Shown here: positions 12,801-25,805 of the stretch, piece by piece
How the letters are laid out: each line of letters starts with the position of its first letter
How positions within the stretch are numbered: the stretch's first letter is position 1
Source of the DNA: Balanoglossus misakiensis
Taxonomy: Eukaryota; Animalia; Hemichordata
Direction of reading: 5' to 3'
Length of the DNA: 64,000 nt
NCBI GenBank assembly: GCA_040954595.2
Contig: CM082576.2
Span: forward strand, 13,023,129 to 13,087,128
Position numbers and translations under genes: made by a program
The notes under the pieces: generated by a model
What the model was told of the DNA's origin: nothing
Database searches by the model: none
What the model saw: the letters and a program-made list of their open reading frames with translations, nothing else

Positions 12801-15800
12801 ACACACGCACAGAGTGATAGCATCTCCTGCATGTTTGTTCTGATGTTGGTGGACACAATCAATGCACATTTGTTAAAACATCCCTGGGCTTTTCTTATAA
12901 CATGGCATTCCCCCCTCAGAAAAGTTTCACAAGCAGCTGATTTTGATGATGATGAGGATGACCTGCCTGTAGAGTATCTGGAAAATGATAAAAATGAGGA
13001 GGAGGACGATGACGATGATAGTGATGAAGTCTCTGATCTAGATGACACTAACGAGCACGCTCGAAGCGAAAGTCCTGATCCAAAGGATGCGACGAAATCC
13101 GGGGAGAAAAAGAAAAAATTCAGCATGTTTCATCGATCGAAGTCGCCAGAGAAAGAAGCCAATAAGAAGGCCAAGGAAGAAGCGAAATTGGAGAAAAAGA
13201 AAGAGAAAGAGAAGGAGAAAAAGGCGAAGGAACTGGCGAGGAAAGAAAAGAAGGAAAGAGAGAAAAAAGAAAAGCAACAGAAAGATAAGAAAGATAAAAG
13301 CAAAGACAAGAAAGGCAAAGATAAAGGGAAAAAGGGCAAAGGTCAGGAGAAGGTTGAGGCTAGCGAAGAGGAAAGTGAGGAAGAAGAAGAGGCAAATGTT
13401 TCCATGGTAGCGGAGGATGTGGAGAGTGATGAGGAGGAAGACGATGAGGAGGAGGAAGAGGAAGAGGAGGAGGCAGAGGATAGCAAAGATGTTGTGGAGG
13501 TGAAAAGCGGTGGTAAGGCTAAGAAGAAGGACAAGTCCAAGGAAGAAAAGAAAGAGAGAAGTAGCCGATGGAGTATGTTCAGAAGGTCTGACAGGTGACT
13601 GGGAAAAAAAAACACATCAGCTGTTCAATTTGATCTTATGTAACATAACTGTTGCCTGTGCGGTGTGGTGTGGTGTAAATCAAGCCTGGCATGTGCACAG
13701 GTAGTTGCGCAGTTCTGTTACATAAGGTCATAATTCTTGTGTGAAGTGACGCATGGTGACTATAAAGCACTATTTGGAGGGACCCATCAGCACACACACA
13801 TACACACACTTACACCATACGCACAGACATATCATTGTTTCCTTGAGAATGTGCACTAACAGACTCCTTGTCATCGTCAAAGGCTATCTCGACTCCATTC
13901 TTTGATCTGTGTTGTGTTAAAACCTGTGTGGTAAATAAACTGGGTTGTGAGGTGTGCATCTTTGTGGCGTCTCGTCAGGTGTCGTGTACATGTACGTCTT
14001 TCGTGTGTCGCCCACTCACTCGTGGTTTGGTAGCAGTACAGTAAACTTGCATGCGGATGACTGCTGCTGTTCACACATCCACTAAATGGTGCTCATGGCA
14101 GCTCAGCTCCAAATGCTACAGTGTTGAACAACAGGCGTGGTTTCCTCCCTGACGAGGGTTGTGTCATCACGTTGCTAAAAGACTTGTTAATTAATATAAT
14201 GTTGTCTGTTGAATGATCTCGTCCCATACAATTAAATTTACTGTACCTCTATGATGTGTGTTTGGTGTACCAATTGGTGAATAAAAAACTTTGTGTCATC
14301 TCATTACTTTCATAATCATATCATGTCATATCAATTATCATAAATCATGTATGTGTACTACATGTACTACTACTGCTTAAATATAATAAACATTGTTTAC
14401 TTTGTTTTTAGGCTGACATTTTCATCATCTGTTCTATCATTGTGTGTGACTCATAATACTAACTACATTATTTTCAGACATTCTCTTAATAATCACTTTG
14501 CCAAGCTGATTAACATCATCATGACTTTTCTCCTCCTAAGGTTAAACTTAATAGATAATTTTGTTGTCTTCTATATTGTAAATAATTCTGTGATTTCTAC
14601 TGTAGTGAATACACAGTAAACAGGAAAGATATTTACGAGTCTGGGGTCAGTTTTGAAAAGCAAAGTGAATTGGGATTCGACTAGAAATTGAAATTTCTAT
14701 TACTGGTATCTATACTTGGGCCACTTAATTAAAAATAGTAAAGAACAATAAGAAATGTATTATCTATTCAAAGAATTCTAAAAATTACAGTGCATTGTTT
14801 TTCATTCTATTTGTTCACATGATTTATAGTGCTCTTCCAAGGGTTTAAAGAAAGAACTATTCATCTTCAAAATTAGTACCCCTCAAAAAAAACTCAGAAC
14901 AATTTTTGAATCCCATTCCTTTCCTGACAGATTTGACCTCGTTTAGTGTTTCGGTTGATTCACCAAACTTTGCTCTCACACAGTCACATACTCATTGTTT
15001 CATTTTGTGAGATTTGCAGGCTGACTGGGAAATAAATAAAAATGAAAATACAATGTACATCAATGCAGATGGAATACCGAGGTCAACCAGAATTTTCTTA
15101 ATAATATCGAATTTTGGAAGAAACAAAAACTTAAGTCTTGCAAACAAAACTTTTTGTTTGGGGAAGCACCTTTTGTATACCATTTCCCTTTGGGATGTTC
15201 TCAGTAAATGTTGAAACCAGTTGCACTCACCTGCAAATCTCTACTGTGTGCTTTTTTTAAATAGATATAAATTATCTTAGTAACTTCAACAAAATTGTCA
15301 TTAAGCATCTATCAAATCATAATGAAACTTTTTGTTTGATCATCATAAATATCAAAACTCTTTTAGATTATTGGTGATAGAAAATGTGTGTTTCTTAAAA
15401 GTTAAATCTAGACTACCCATCTATACAGTAATTGTGAATTGGACCATTGTTGGCAGTATTCTCGGTTGAATGAATTGCTCGCACGCATAATAAGGTCATG
15501 AGTATTCAGTACATCTTAGTAGATAATGACCCAGCTTCTACTGCTAATATGGTCAAGCATTTTCCTAGCCAAATATATAATCTACCTTTTCAGTTATTTT
15601 GGGCTTTGCCATAACTATGAGCTTGCAAATTCAATGTCCAATGGTACGACTGTATTTTGGGGAGACCCAAGAAATGGCAAACTGGATAGCCAGCTAGCAT
15701 TTTTCCAGAATGAAAGTTTCACTAAACACATTCTTGGGACTATGACAATAGTAATGTCATGATTGGAACTAGTTGACTATGACAAAAGCAACGTCCTTTG

Positions 15801-18800
15801 GTTTGATAATATCTCAGTATTCCTATCTTGTTTAATGCCAAAGGTTCAGCTTGTCAAGACAGGAAGACAGTTACACACACGCAAATGTGTCCCCTGTATT
15901 CTAGGCAAAGCACAAAGCATTTTAATACCCAGATGCCCGTACGCAGTAAAACTGACTTGCACTAAGAAAAACATTCAATGAACAGCTGGGTTATTGTCTA
16001 CTTTAGATGCATGAAATACTTATAATGACCTTTGTGATGTTACTGCTGCGTAACACTGTGTAATCTCGGTATCTGTAGGAAATCTAAAAAGCATGCTGAG
16101 GAGAAAAAGAAGAAGGTAGAGGAAAGTGAAGATGAGGAGGAGGAGGAAGAGGAGGAGGAGAGTGATGAAGAGGAAGGAGAGGTGGTAGCAACAAAGGCAA
16201 AACCTAAGGCAGGTGCTCAGGATGATGATGATGATGATGAAGAAGATGATGAGGAGGAGGAGGAGGAAGAAAGTGAAGAAGATGAAGAAGATGAAAAACC
16301 TGTTAAAGCAAGTCAAAAGAAGACAGTACAAGATGAGGAGGAGGAGGACGATGAAAGGTAATTATGCAGGCTGTAATCTGATTACAAGATTCTGTTTTTT
16401 TTTTTCTGACTATCTTCTATTAGGAATGCACCTTTTTGATGTTGTCAAGCAGATAACACACTTTGTACACGGTTGCATGCAGTTGACATCTTGGTAATTT
16501 TGTGAGTTGGATGGCAAACAAACTCGTTGTCTCATTGATGAAATAGCCTTTATATAAGAATGGCACTCTGTAGTGTTTTTTTATAGTACATTACCCTGTG
16601 TGATCTCTGTATTTCTCTGCAACAGCCTTGAAGATGAGGAGGAAGAAGATGAAGAGGAGGAGGAGGAGGAGGAGGAGGGAGAGGATGATGAAGAGGAGGA
16701 GGAGGAAGAAGAAGAAGAAGAAGAATCATCTGAGGACGATTTTGATCATGCTGAATCAGATCAGGACTCTGATATCCTTGATGAAGGTGTAAGTGGACGC
16801 AACACTGACATTTTACATTAGAACATGCACCAGAGTTCTCTGCAAACACCATGCATTCTGATTGTAAGTGACACAAAACGGTCATGTCCAATTTACATTT
16901 AATGAAAGTCTCTCTCAAAACAAACTTTAATACTCACTGTTATGTGGTACATGTATATTTTCCCAGATGAAACAGTTTGAAGCTGTTTGTGACTTTCCAG
17001 GCGAGCAGGAAGACGATTTAGGATTCAAAGTTGGCGATGTGCTGACCATAATGAGCACCAGGTGAGCGGTGTTGTGGAAAATTAATTGTTCTTCTCAGAT
17101 GCAAATTTAACCACTGTTACCATGGAAAATACATATCCATGATCATTCGCACACCTAGGCAAGCCCTTTTAACCATATATAGGCATATGTTAATTAGAGG
17201 TGACTGTAGATCTTTAAAATGCTCAAATATCTGTTGATGCCCGTGACTTTCATCTGTACCCCTCTCCATGCCTGGGTTTCTCCTTGATCACCTGATCATC
17301 ATCTGATCCCGTTGTTTGCATCGTCAGGGAGGATGGCTGGTGGACGGCCGTGGATGAGGAAGGGAATAAAGGTCTTGTGCCAAGTACTTACTTAAAGGTG
17401 AGTTTTCCTTTGGTATGACGTAAGTGCTGGTGTATGTGTACCAAGTATGTGTGGAAGTCACGAAAAACAGTTTACATGTACTTTCAAATAGTTAGTACAT
17501 ATACATGACATTGATTGTACAGATACTAACATCTGGTAAAGTCTTAACAGTGAATTTTAATATAGAGAAAAGCAGGTGTCTTATGTATGCCACTAATATT
17601 AACCCTGGACAACACACTGCAAGCAATACTACCAGCATACACTGTTGTGTGCATGTAACTGAAACCTTTCTTGGTGGATTACCACCAACATCATCCTAAC
17701 CTTTACATCCTTCTCTTTCTTTTCTTTTTTCCAAAGCTGAAAAAAGATTACTCAGACCAAAGAGATCTGCAGTCTCCAGAGGGTGAGTCATACAGAAATG
17801 TTATTGGTTTATAATAAACGACTGAAAATTGAATGTGAAACTCAAGTCTCTTCTTATTTCACATATCTGACAATCCTGTATAACTACATGTATAAGCATC
17901 AATTTCTTGACATCGAACAATTCTATGCAATTATTTTTGAGATCTTGGAGTCCTAATTTTTTTCACAATTATTGCTATATATTTTAACTTTCTACAGTGT
18001 GTAGTATGTGTATAGTCTTATTCAAGACAGTTTATAATTTGATCATAAAACTAACTCAGCCCTGTGCATTTTGGAATGGGTGATTCTTTTGGAGCGTGAC
18101 AGTGCATTATAATGGTGAAGGAAAAGAGGATCATTTAGGCGACAATTCAAATATGTATGATGTTGTAATAATCTTACGATTCCAAGAATTATTCAAGTGC
18201 ATGAACGTCAAGCATGTCGTAAATGCTATCACCCTCAACATCGTGACTGTGTAAATTAAGATGTACACATCTCCTTTACTCTGTTTGACTTTTTCATTCA
18301 GCGCCCCAGTCACCAGATCCAGAGACCCCAAAAAGGTCAGCCATGATTCTGAAAGAAAGTGCTGTGAACTGTCTCTTTCTTTTCTATTAAAAGAAAGACC
18401 CACACATTCAATTGGAATGATCCATTCATTTTTCCCGGTGTCCGCCATGCCAACCGACTGAGGGGACATATCATTACATTTCTAGTCATGAAGATCATTG
18501 CATGTACCGTTTGCATGCGCTATCCGACATTCAGAAGCATTTCGCATGTACAAATTCGGGAAAATCGATTTTACATCTGAATATTTACAAAGTCCACACA
18601 TTTACACCAACCCTTGTCCCCCCAAAACATCACAACAGTTGAATGGATGATTCCAAACACAACCATTTCCCCCTCAATCTTTCTGCACGTTGAGAGCTGT
18701 CCCTTTTCAGTGTTATCTTAATATTCCAGCAGACACTTCTCTACTAATTTATATTTGTTTATTTTTTTTTCTCTGTCAACATATGTTAATCTTCCGACAC

Positions 18801-21800
18801 TCTTCCTGATCCCAATTCACTGGATCCACTATCGCATTATTTATTTTGATGATGGTTGACGCACCATGCGTAAGATCTCATTTTCTTCTCAGCATGGTTA
18901 TCTAGTACTCACTTACGCTTTGGATAATTTTTAAAAAATGGCACTGTAAACTTTGTAGCTGTTAATGTAGATCATATTTCATGTTACAATGTTAGTTCCT
19001 TTCTTTCTTTCATTCTGTCTTTCTTTCCTTTTACATCAGTCAGTTTACTTTAAAGCTATAATGTCTCCAGAAAGGCTGTTGTTAAAACTGTAAACTTTCA
19101 CTCAGTGACACCTGTTTTATGGAGTGTAACAATACTGTAGATTTTTTAAAATCAAGCATGTAGTTTTAAGGTACTGCATGATTGAAAATGTATGAAATGT
19201 CCTGCATGAAGATGAAAAGACCAGTAACCCATTGGGAACCATCAGTTTTCTCAGGTGGTTTGGACTAAACGCATCCATTTTGAAGGTCAAATTCATGCAC
19301 ATTTACAATTGCTCCTCTTGTGAATGGTTCGCTATGGAGACATTGTAGTTGTACATTTTAGAAGTGACAGTAAATTGTAATGTTTTCTAATTTGTTTAGT
19401 ACATTGCCATTTTAGTAGTCTACTATCATTCTTATAATTACAGTCACATTCTTTTAATCTTTCATATGAATCTTCTTTGATTTTTATTTTTTTCTGTTAT
19501 TGATTTGAATCATCCCCTAATCTGAGAGCCCTTCATTGGCTATGCCATGTTTAATTGTAGTTGTATTTTTTTTCCAGTGGTAAAATGTTGTGGAAAGGTC
19601 TCAAAGCTGCTGTGACCGAGGTAAGCAAAAATTTGTCAGCAAAATATTTGACTTGTCCTCAAATGTTGTAGGAGACACAGTGGGTACCTTGATTTAGGGC
19701 TTGTGATTAGGGCCAGAAAATCTGAAATTTGGACCCAGACTTTCCAAAGTCATGACACAAAACTTGGTTTTCTGATCTGGTGTTATTTTTTTCCCCATTC
19801 AGACCAGTGTAACCGATGTATTGGCCGCAATGGGTGCCATACCTGCTGGCTTCAGGCCTTCAACGACGGCAAAATATGTGAAAGATTGTAAGTATAGAAT
19901 ATCGGCACCTCCTTCAGAATGCTTGTATGTATCGCGCCCCACATGAGGGATACTTCCAAAGATCCAATGTAAACTCAAAACCATCACAATAAAGGCAGAT
20001 ATAGCATCAATCTGATTAAAATCAGCATAAAAAAACCACGTCGCCGTTCCCTACATCTGATTTTAATCAGATTGATATAGCATAATCTTTGCATGCTTAT
20101 TAATTTCAGATTGTCTTTTTGGACATATGATCCCCTCACGTGTTTTATTGATGAAATTCCCATATAAACCTCACCATCATTTCGTTTCCTTCCCGCAGCT
20201 AAATACAGTACTAGTTTCTACTTATTACCCAAGTTGAGTAAATCCAAGATGTGGTTTTCAGACCTGCATTGGAGTCCCAGAGACAATCAGGTGAGAGCTA
20301 AGCCGGCCAGGGTACAACGAATGGTGACTCTCTGGGCAGTCAGGAATATGCCCAAAGTCGGAGTAGGTACGTATCTCTGTTGCTCAGATCCCGTGACCAA
20401 AGTGATTCATGAAATTACTCTAGATGTAAGGACTGAAGTTCCATGCCTATCCATGGATATGTCTCAATGTTAGTATATCAAGGCATCTTCTCTTTGTAAC
20501 AATGTTAATATCCGAATCCCCACACTTTATTTTCATTACAGGGTTGGAAGTATTAAGTAGACACGTGAGGATGTGTATATTTGATGGGGAAAAGGTAATT
20601 GAATTTAACATGTTTTTTTAATTAAAATCTAATTATCGCATAGTAATTGTAAATAAAACGGGTTGTAGTTCTAACCTGGAAATTTTTGGTTGTAGATTTC
20701 GTTTTGTAGCAATATCTTTGCACTTCTCTCATTGTGAAAACCTGTGAGTATTTAATAGCTTGATGTTGAAAGCTCATTCTGTATTTAAATAATATTCTGT
20801 GGTAATGACACATTCTCTGTGTTGGCTAATTTTTTCTCTCATCAGATTTTAAGTAACATTCACACTGTGAGAGCCACTACAACTGGACCAGACGGAAGAG
20901 AATGGAAGTTCTCACCTAAGGTTTGGATGATTTCTGTTTCCTATATGCACACGATATTCTAACACTCACACATAAAAGTGGTTGTCTGATAATGTTTATG
21001 TTAATGTTAATATTCATTTTGCTGCAGGTGACTGGAATTTTGCCAAGTCTACTCGATGGTGACTGCTTCGTGAGGACAAATGACCCTGAACAAAAATTGG
21101 GTAAGCTCACCTTCCTTTGAGAATACTGATGGTGGAATCGATCAAAATATGTAATCTTATGTTGTTTGGAAACTTGCAGCTCAGAGTGTTCAGTTTGGTC
21201 CTCCATAGTGTTGAGAATGGGGTCTGGTATAAATGGATCCCAAAATGGGAAAGCATTCTCAATTAAAGTGATCTGTCTCTTTACTTTTTGCAGGTATATT
21301 GTTTGAAATTTGCCTGTTCTATGTCAGGACTGTAAGTATCAACTCCTGTTGTGTTACTTGTTAGTCTAATATTAAGGGGAGGAGGTGCTGCATTTTATAT
21401 GTTTTTGGGCAAATTTCGCTCTTTCATACATTACAAGTTGGTTTGTCCCATACACTCAGTCATAGGAAACAAAATCTTTGTGAAAAATGTGACTAACATC
21501 GAAGACCTCTCTTTTACGAAATGGTAATTCCACTATTTTGGACCACACCTGTACTTAGGCAACAATTCCTGTTGATTATTGATTATGTAAGCAAGGTTCG
21601 AATACGTCATATTTGAATGTCTTTATTTCCCCCAGAAAACCGGAGAAAGAGGCGAATTCTGCTGTGGCTGGTATCATTTACCGTTGTTTGATGAAGAGAC
21701 TGGTGCACCTATCTTCAGCAAGTGAGTTTGTCAGTATTTTGGGACAGTTGGTCCAGTTTTTAAACACGGCCATGTTTACAAATCTGATATTCTAGCAAAA

Positions 21801-24356
21801 TGGTGGCAATACTTTGTTTGAATGAGATCATAATTAAAACCAGATGACAAACTTTAAAGAAAGCAAAGAGTTTCTCCAAATTTTAAGAGTCATCTTTGCA
21901 ATATTTTCCATCTACATTACCGTAAATGTCACATAAACTCTATAGAGTGACTGCCTCACAGTTTAGGTTGTCTTGACAAGTTCTTTGAGAACTTTCTGAG
22001 CCTGATGAATGACCTTGACGTTGCTTGCAGGACATATGAATTGATAGTCAAGGGAGGTACACCGTACGAACAGGATGTGGAAGTCGATCCGTCCATTAGC
22101 AGAAAAGGTGAACATTTCTGTCATTCATATATAATTCAAGGTCATGTTCTCTATGTTAAGTATTGTCAATTTTCAGCTACTTTCAAAATTGGCCATCTTT
22201 GAAGAATCATTTTGATCAGTAAATGACTGTATCGGAGAGTGTGTTCAGCATGTAAACTACTTGCTACATGTTTCTCCCCCCCCCCCCCAATAATGATGTA
22301 TCGTAATTTGTCTGCACACAGCTTCCACAAGTAAACTCAGATCAATGATGTCAGCCAACAAGCAACCCAGATTATTGGTTAAAATACTGGCTCCAAACAA
22401 AGACCAGAAGACGTATTTAGAGTAAGTACTCTGGGATTATACATGAATACGTCTTTCTCAAGTATCATTTTATAGTGTGATACTTTGTATTAGTACTCAT
22501 AAGTGAAAATTGGAAAGAAACATTTTCTGACTTTTAATTATTGTCCCCATCACAGCCACCTTCCTAGCACCTTAGTAAGCAGTGCCAGCTATCTGCCTTT
22601 CTTGTCGTTTTATCGTAAAGTCCTGGCCGATTCTGTTCTCCGAGATAGAATTAACATGGAAACAACAGGTGAGTGGAAATATTTTTAGTACTTTATCAAA
22701 TGATCTTCCCAGAGCACTGGGTATCTGATTTTGGAAAATGACGTGAAAACTGAGATTCTTATTATTTTGTGACTGTTTTGTAACCGTCTTGTGTCTTTGT
22801 CTGTTGCAGATCTGATTCATCACCCGGTCCTTGCCTCGTTCCCAGAAGCCATCAGATATCCAGACATCATGGATGCACTCAGAGTAAGTTATACCAGCTG
22901 CTAATGTGTTTTAAAAAGCCCTGAAGTAACTCCAACTTTTGGCTGATTTTTCAGTATTTTTCTCGCATGTATCAACTTAAGTTTCTTGGATAGAGTATCG
23001 GTAATGGCTGTTGTTACTGTTTACAAATGAATTCATGTCTGAAATTGAATTTTGAACAAAAGCAATGATGATTGCTACATAAGAGCCGTGTTGAAATCCA
23101 AATCCAAATACTGTACTGAGCAATTCTGTGTGTTTGACAGAATAGAACAAGAAACCACAGTTAATTCCCAAAAAACAAAAATACTGAGAAAATAAACGGA
23201 AGTTTGAGTTCCTGGAGCTTTAATATCAGGGTAGGGGAATTGGCTTCCAGTAAAAGGTGTGCTGATGAAAAACAATTAAAAAAGATTCAACATGTATGAT
23301 ATTTTCAGAACAATTTTGAAAAAGTTTAAACAATCTGCAATATTCAAAGGAGTTTCTCTCTCTTTTTTGACACAGAGTACATGGGCAGATAAAATGAAGA
23401 ATGTGAAAAAAGCAGACAAGGTAAATGTACATGTACCCGGTATCTCTGTTTCGTAATTTTTCATTGTGGATACTTTTATCCCCAAGTTCAAGGCCTGTTT
23501 ATATCTATCATATATTATTATTCAAGCTGATAAACTTGGTCTCTTCTTACTGTTCCCCTATTATCAATACATGTACTTGAGATTCTTGGTATGCATGTTC
23601 CTGGCTTCGGGGGTTACCCTATGCCAGTGCCTGGAAATTTGCATCTGTTCGCCCATTTTCATCCATGATCACTGTGATGTAAAACTAAAGATGACGGTAC
23701 GGTGCAGAACATTAACCCCTTTCCTCTCGGATTTCTTTGGCAGCGTGATGGCGAACACATGAAGGAGTTCTTCTGTCAGATATTCATGGAGACGTGTTAC
23801 CCACTGCTGCAGTCACCAACCCTGCCGCCTCCCAAATGGGCCGATGCTGCAGCCGAAAACGTAAGCTCACAATTCTCTTACCGTCTCCTCTTGTGTTGAA
23901 CACTGTGATTTCACTTTCCCAAATTCTGTGTTGGAATAAATCAATATTGGTGTGCACAGAATTTACAGTACAAGTTTGTATTGTGCGAAAAATTGTATAA
24001 TGCACAGATAGAAAATCACAGTGATGCAGTGCGGTTGTGTAGACCAGTGTTTTAGATCATGTTTGATATCTCATACAAACACACTCCAATTTTCTCAGTG
24101 TCGCAACCCTTTGCCAGCAACTTTCGAACATGTCTGCGTGAAGCTGTGTTAGGACCTTGCACTCCTGTTCCTGTACTGACGTGCCTCTTTTCTGTTACTG
24201 CAGGCAAGGTGGGAAGAAATCGCTGGATTTTTGAAGAGGAGTCGAGAGCAGGGCGGCGTATTAGCTCAACTACTTTCACCAGACAACATGCACAAACCTT
24301 TCGACGTTCAGGAAGTCACCTTTGACCTTTTAGCAAGCTATCATGACTACCGATAA
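9806..24356 (+). CDS. NPHP1: Nephrocystin-1 (coiled coil, acidic tracts, SH3, nephrocystin homology domain); about 1001 aa with the 12920-13594 exon, about 776 aa without it
   Basis: Phase-consistent exons: 9806-9868, 10406-10488, 10939-10999, 11387-11461, 11734-11795, 12920-13594, 16079-16357, 16626-16788, 16967-17061, 17328-17397, 17737-17782, 18302-18335, 19578-19620, 19803-19887, 20199-20366, 20542-20594, 20846-20920, 21028-21100, 21294-21331, 21636-21721, 22031-22107, 22322-22421, 22556-22668, 22810-22883, 23376-23420, 23744-23860, 24204-24356. SH3: [55 protein letters not shown]1 signatures: [61 protein letters not shown]. Confidence 0.93.
10181..10274. repeat. Perfect 43-bp inverted repeat with 8-nt loop in NPHP1 intron 1
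   Basis: 10181-10223 (TAGCTGCAATGATTGTAGCGGGTGCTGCTAGGTTGACTGGTGT) is the exact reverse complement of 10232-10274. Confidence 0.92.
14643..14940. mobile_element. Possible degraded MITE
   Basis: Imperfect inverted ends GGGGTCAGTTT...TGGGATTC and GAATCCCA...ATTTGACCTC around an AT-rich core. Confidence 0.3.
20006..20076. repeat. 20-bp perfect inverted repeat with 31-nt spacer in an NPHP1 intron
   Basis: ATCAATCTGATTAAAATCAG (20006-20025) and CTGATTTTAATCAGATTGAT (20057-20076). Confidence 0.85.
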
Positions 24357-25726
24357 CCGAGGCGAACCTGGTCTGCTGAATTCAAAGTTGTATTTCAGTG
24401 AGTGAAAAAAAACTAGAAAAGGGAAAATCAAGTGTCAACTGAACATATTTCTCAGTCAGTGGAATACCCATGCAAAACAAGATACACTGAGAGTAAGAAG
24501 TGTATGAACTGGGATGAAGAAAAAAGTTACTGGTATAACAGGAATCTGGAATTCTTTTATCGTGCTTTAAATATAGTAGTTAGCAAAATCTGATTCAAAC
24601 ACAATTAGGAGAATGTGATATTATCATATTAGTTCTAATGAAAGGAACTAGAATTTATTCTTCTGTGTCACAAACTAATTTTCCCAATTTTCAGGAAAGA
24701 AAATAATGATGGGAAAAGAGGGAAATATTTTAGGGAAGATGGTGCAACTTTTTGTGTGTATATATTATGATTGGGGTATATGATATAGTATTAGACCAAT
24801 CATTCATAACAGCAAACTTCAGAAGTTCTATTTCATAAGCTTTATTTTTCATATGTAAATTTCTTTAAGAAATGTCATGAGATTTAGCTGTTGTGACATT
24901 GCACAACTTCTTTTGAACATGTAGTCTTAGAACTCTGTGTCATACCACAAGATTTTCTCAATGATGTATTTGACTCCAACTCGCTGGTAAGACAATAACC
25001 TTTGCTAGACCACTGTCAAAATCAACAAAAACTTTCGATTGTCGTTGCTTTTAAAATATCACTTTTTTACTTCAAAAAATGAACGATAAAAGTTTCAGAA
25101 AAATAAAAATTATCAAAGAATTGTCCAAGTGATTTGTGCTCGATAAGACTTGTTCACTGAGGTTGTTGTTCACTTATAAATAATGTAAATAATCTTGGCA
25201 CTCATGTGATAGACTCATGCTTAATGATGCTTCGTGATTTTATTTATATATGTATATTTTTGATGAACAAAATAGTACTGAATTTTGTAAATAGTTTTTT
25301 CGGGAAATAAATAACTTGATTTTTTAGGAAATGAAGTACAATTTATTTTGTGTCACAGTAACTCCAACTTCGGGACATTTTCGTTTTGGGGTATCAACTG
25401 GGGTTTACATAAAGAATTGTTCAGTATTCTTTTTTAACATAGCCCCTTTGTACATGCAGTAACCAGGATTGTTAATGTTGAACAGTCTGGATATAGAAGC
25501 CACAGATGCACAGCATGATGGGTAATACACAGGAACAGAACAGCTTGAGAAACGAAAAAGATGTTTAGGAAGGAGGTACTGGACAGACACGGAGATATTA
25601 CAAGGGAGAAACATCCAGTTTATTTGGTGAAATCATTTACAATGAAGTGACCAGATTCTCCTGTACAGTCAATATTCACAAAATGTGTACACTATGTTTA
25701 CATATGTATACAGTTCATGTAAAATA

Positions 25727-25805
25727 TCAATCAATCAATCAATCAATCAAAGGAATTTATAGAGCGCCAAACTCCACTACAATAGTGTTCAATGGCACTT
25801 TACAA
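25727..25805 (-). mobile_element. 3' tail remnant of an L2/CR1-type LINE or its SINE partner
   Basis: Minus strand reads TGTAAAAGTGCCATTGA...GGCGCTCTATAAAT followed by (TTGA)n. This resembles the stem-loop plus short-repeat tail of L2-clade elements. Confidence 0.5.

Noticed and set aside
13038-13615. Antisense and alternate-frame ORFs rich in F/S/L or R/K
   Set aside because: Shadow frames of the purine-rich NPHP1 exon; the same applies to 16020-16918 and 53715-54373.
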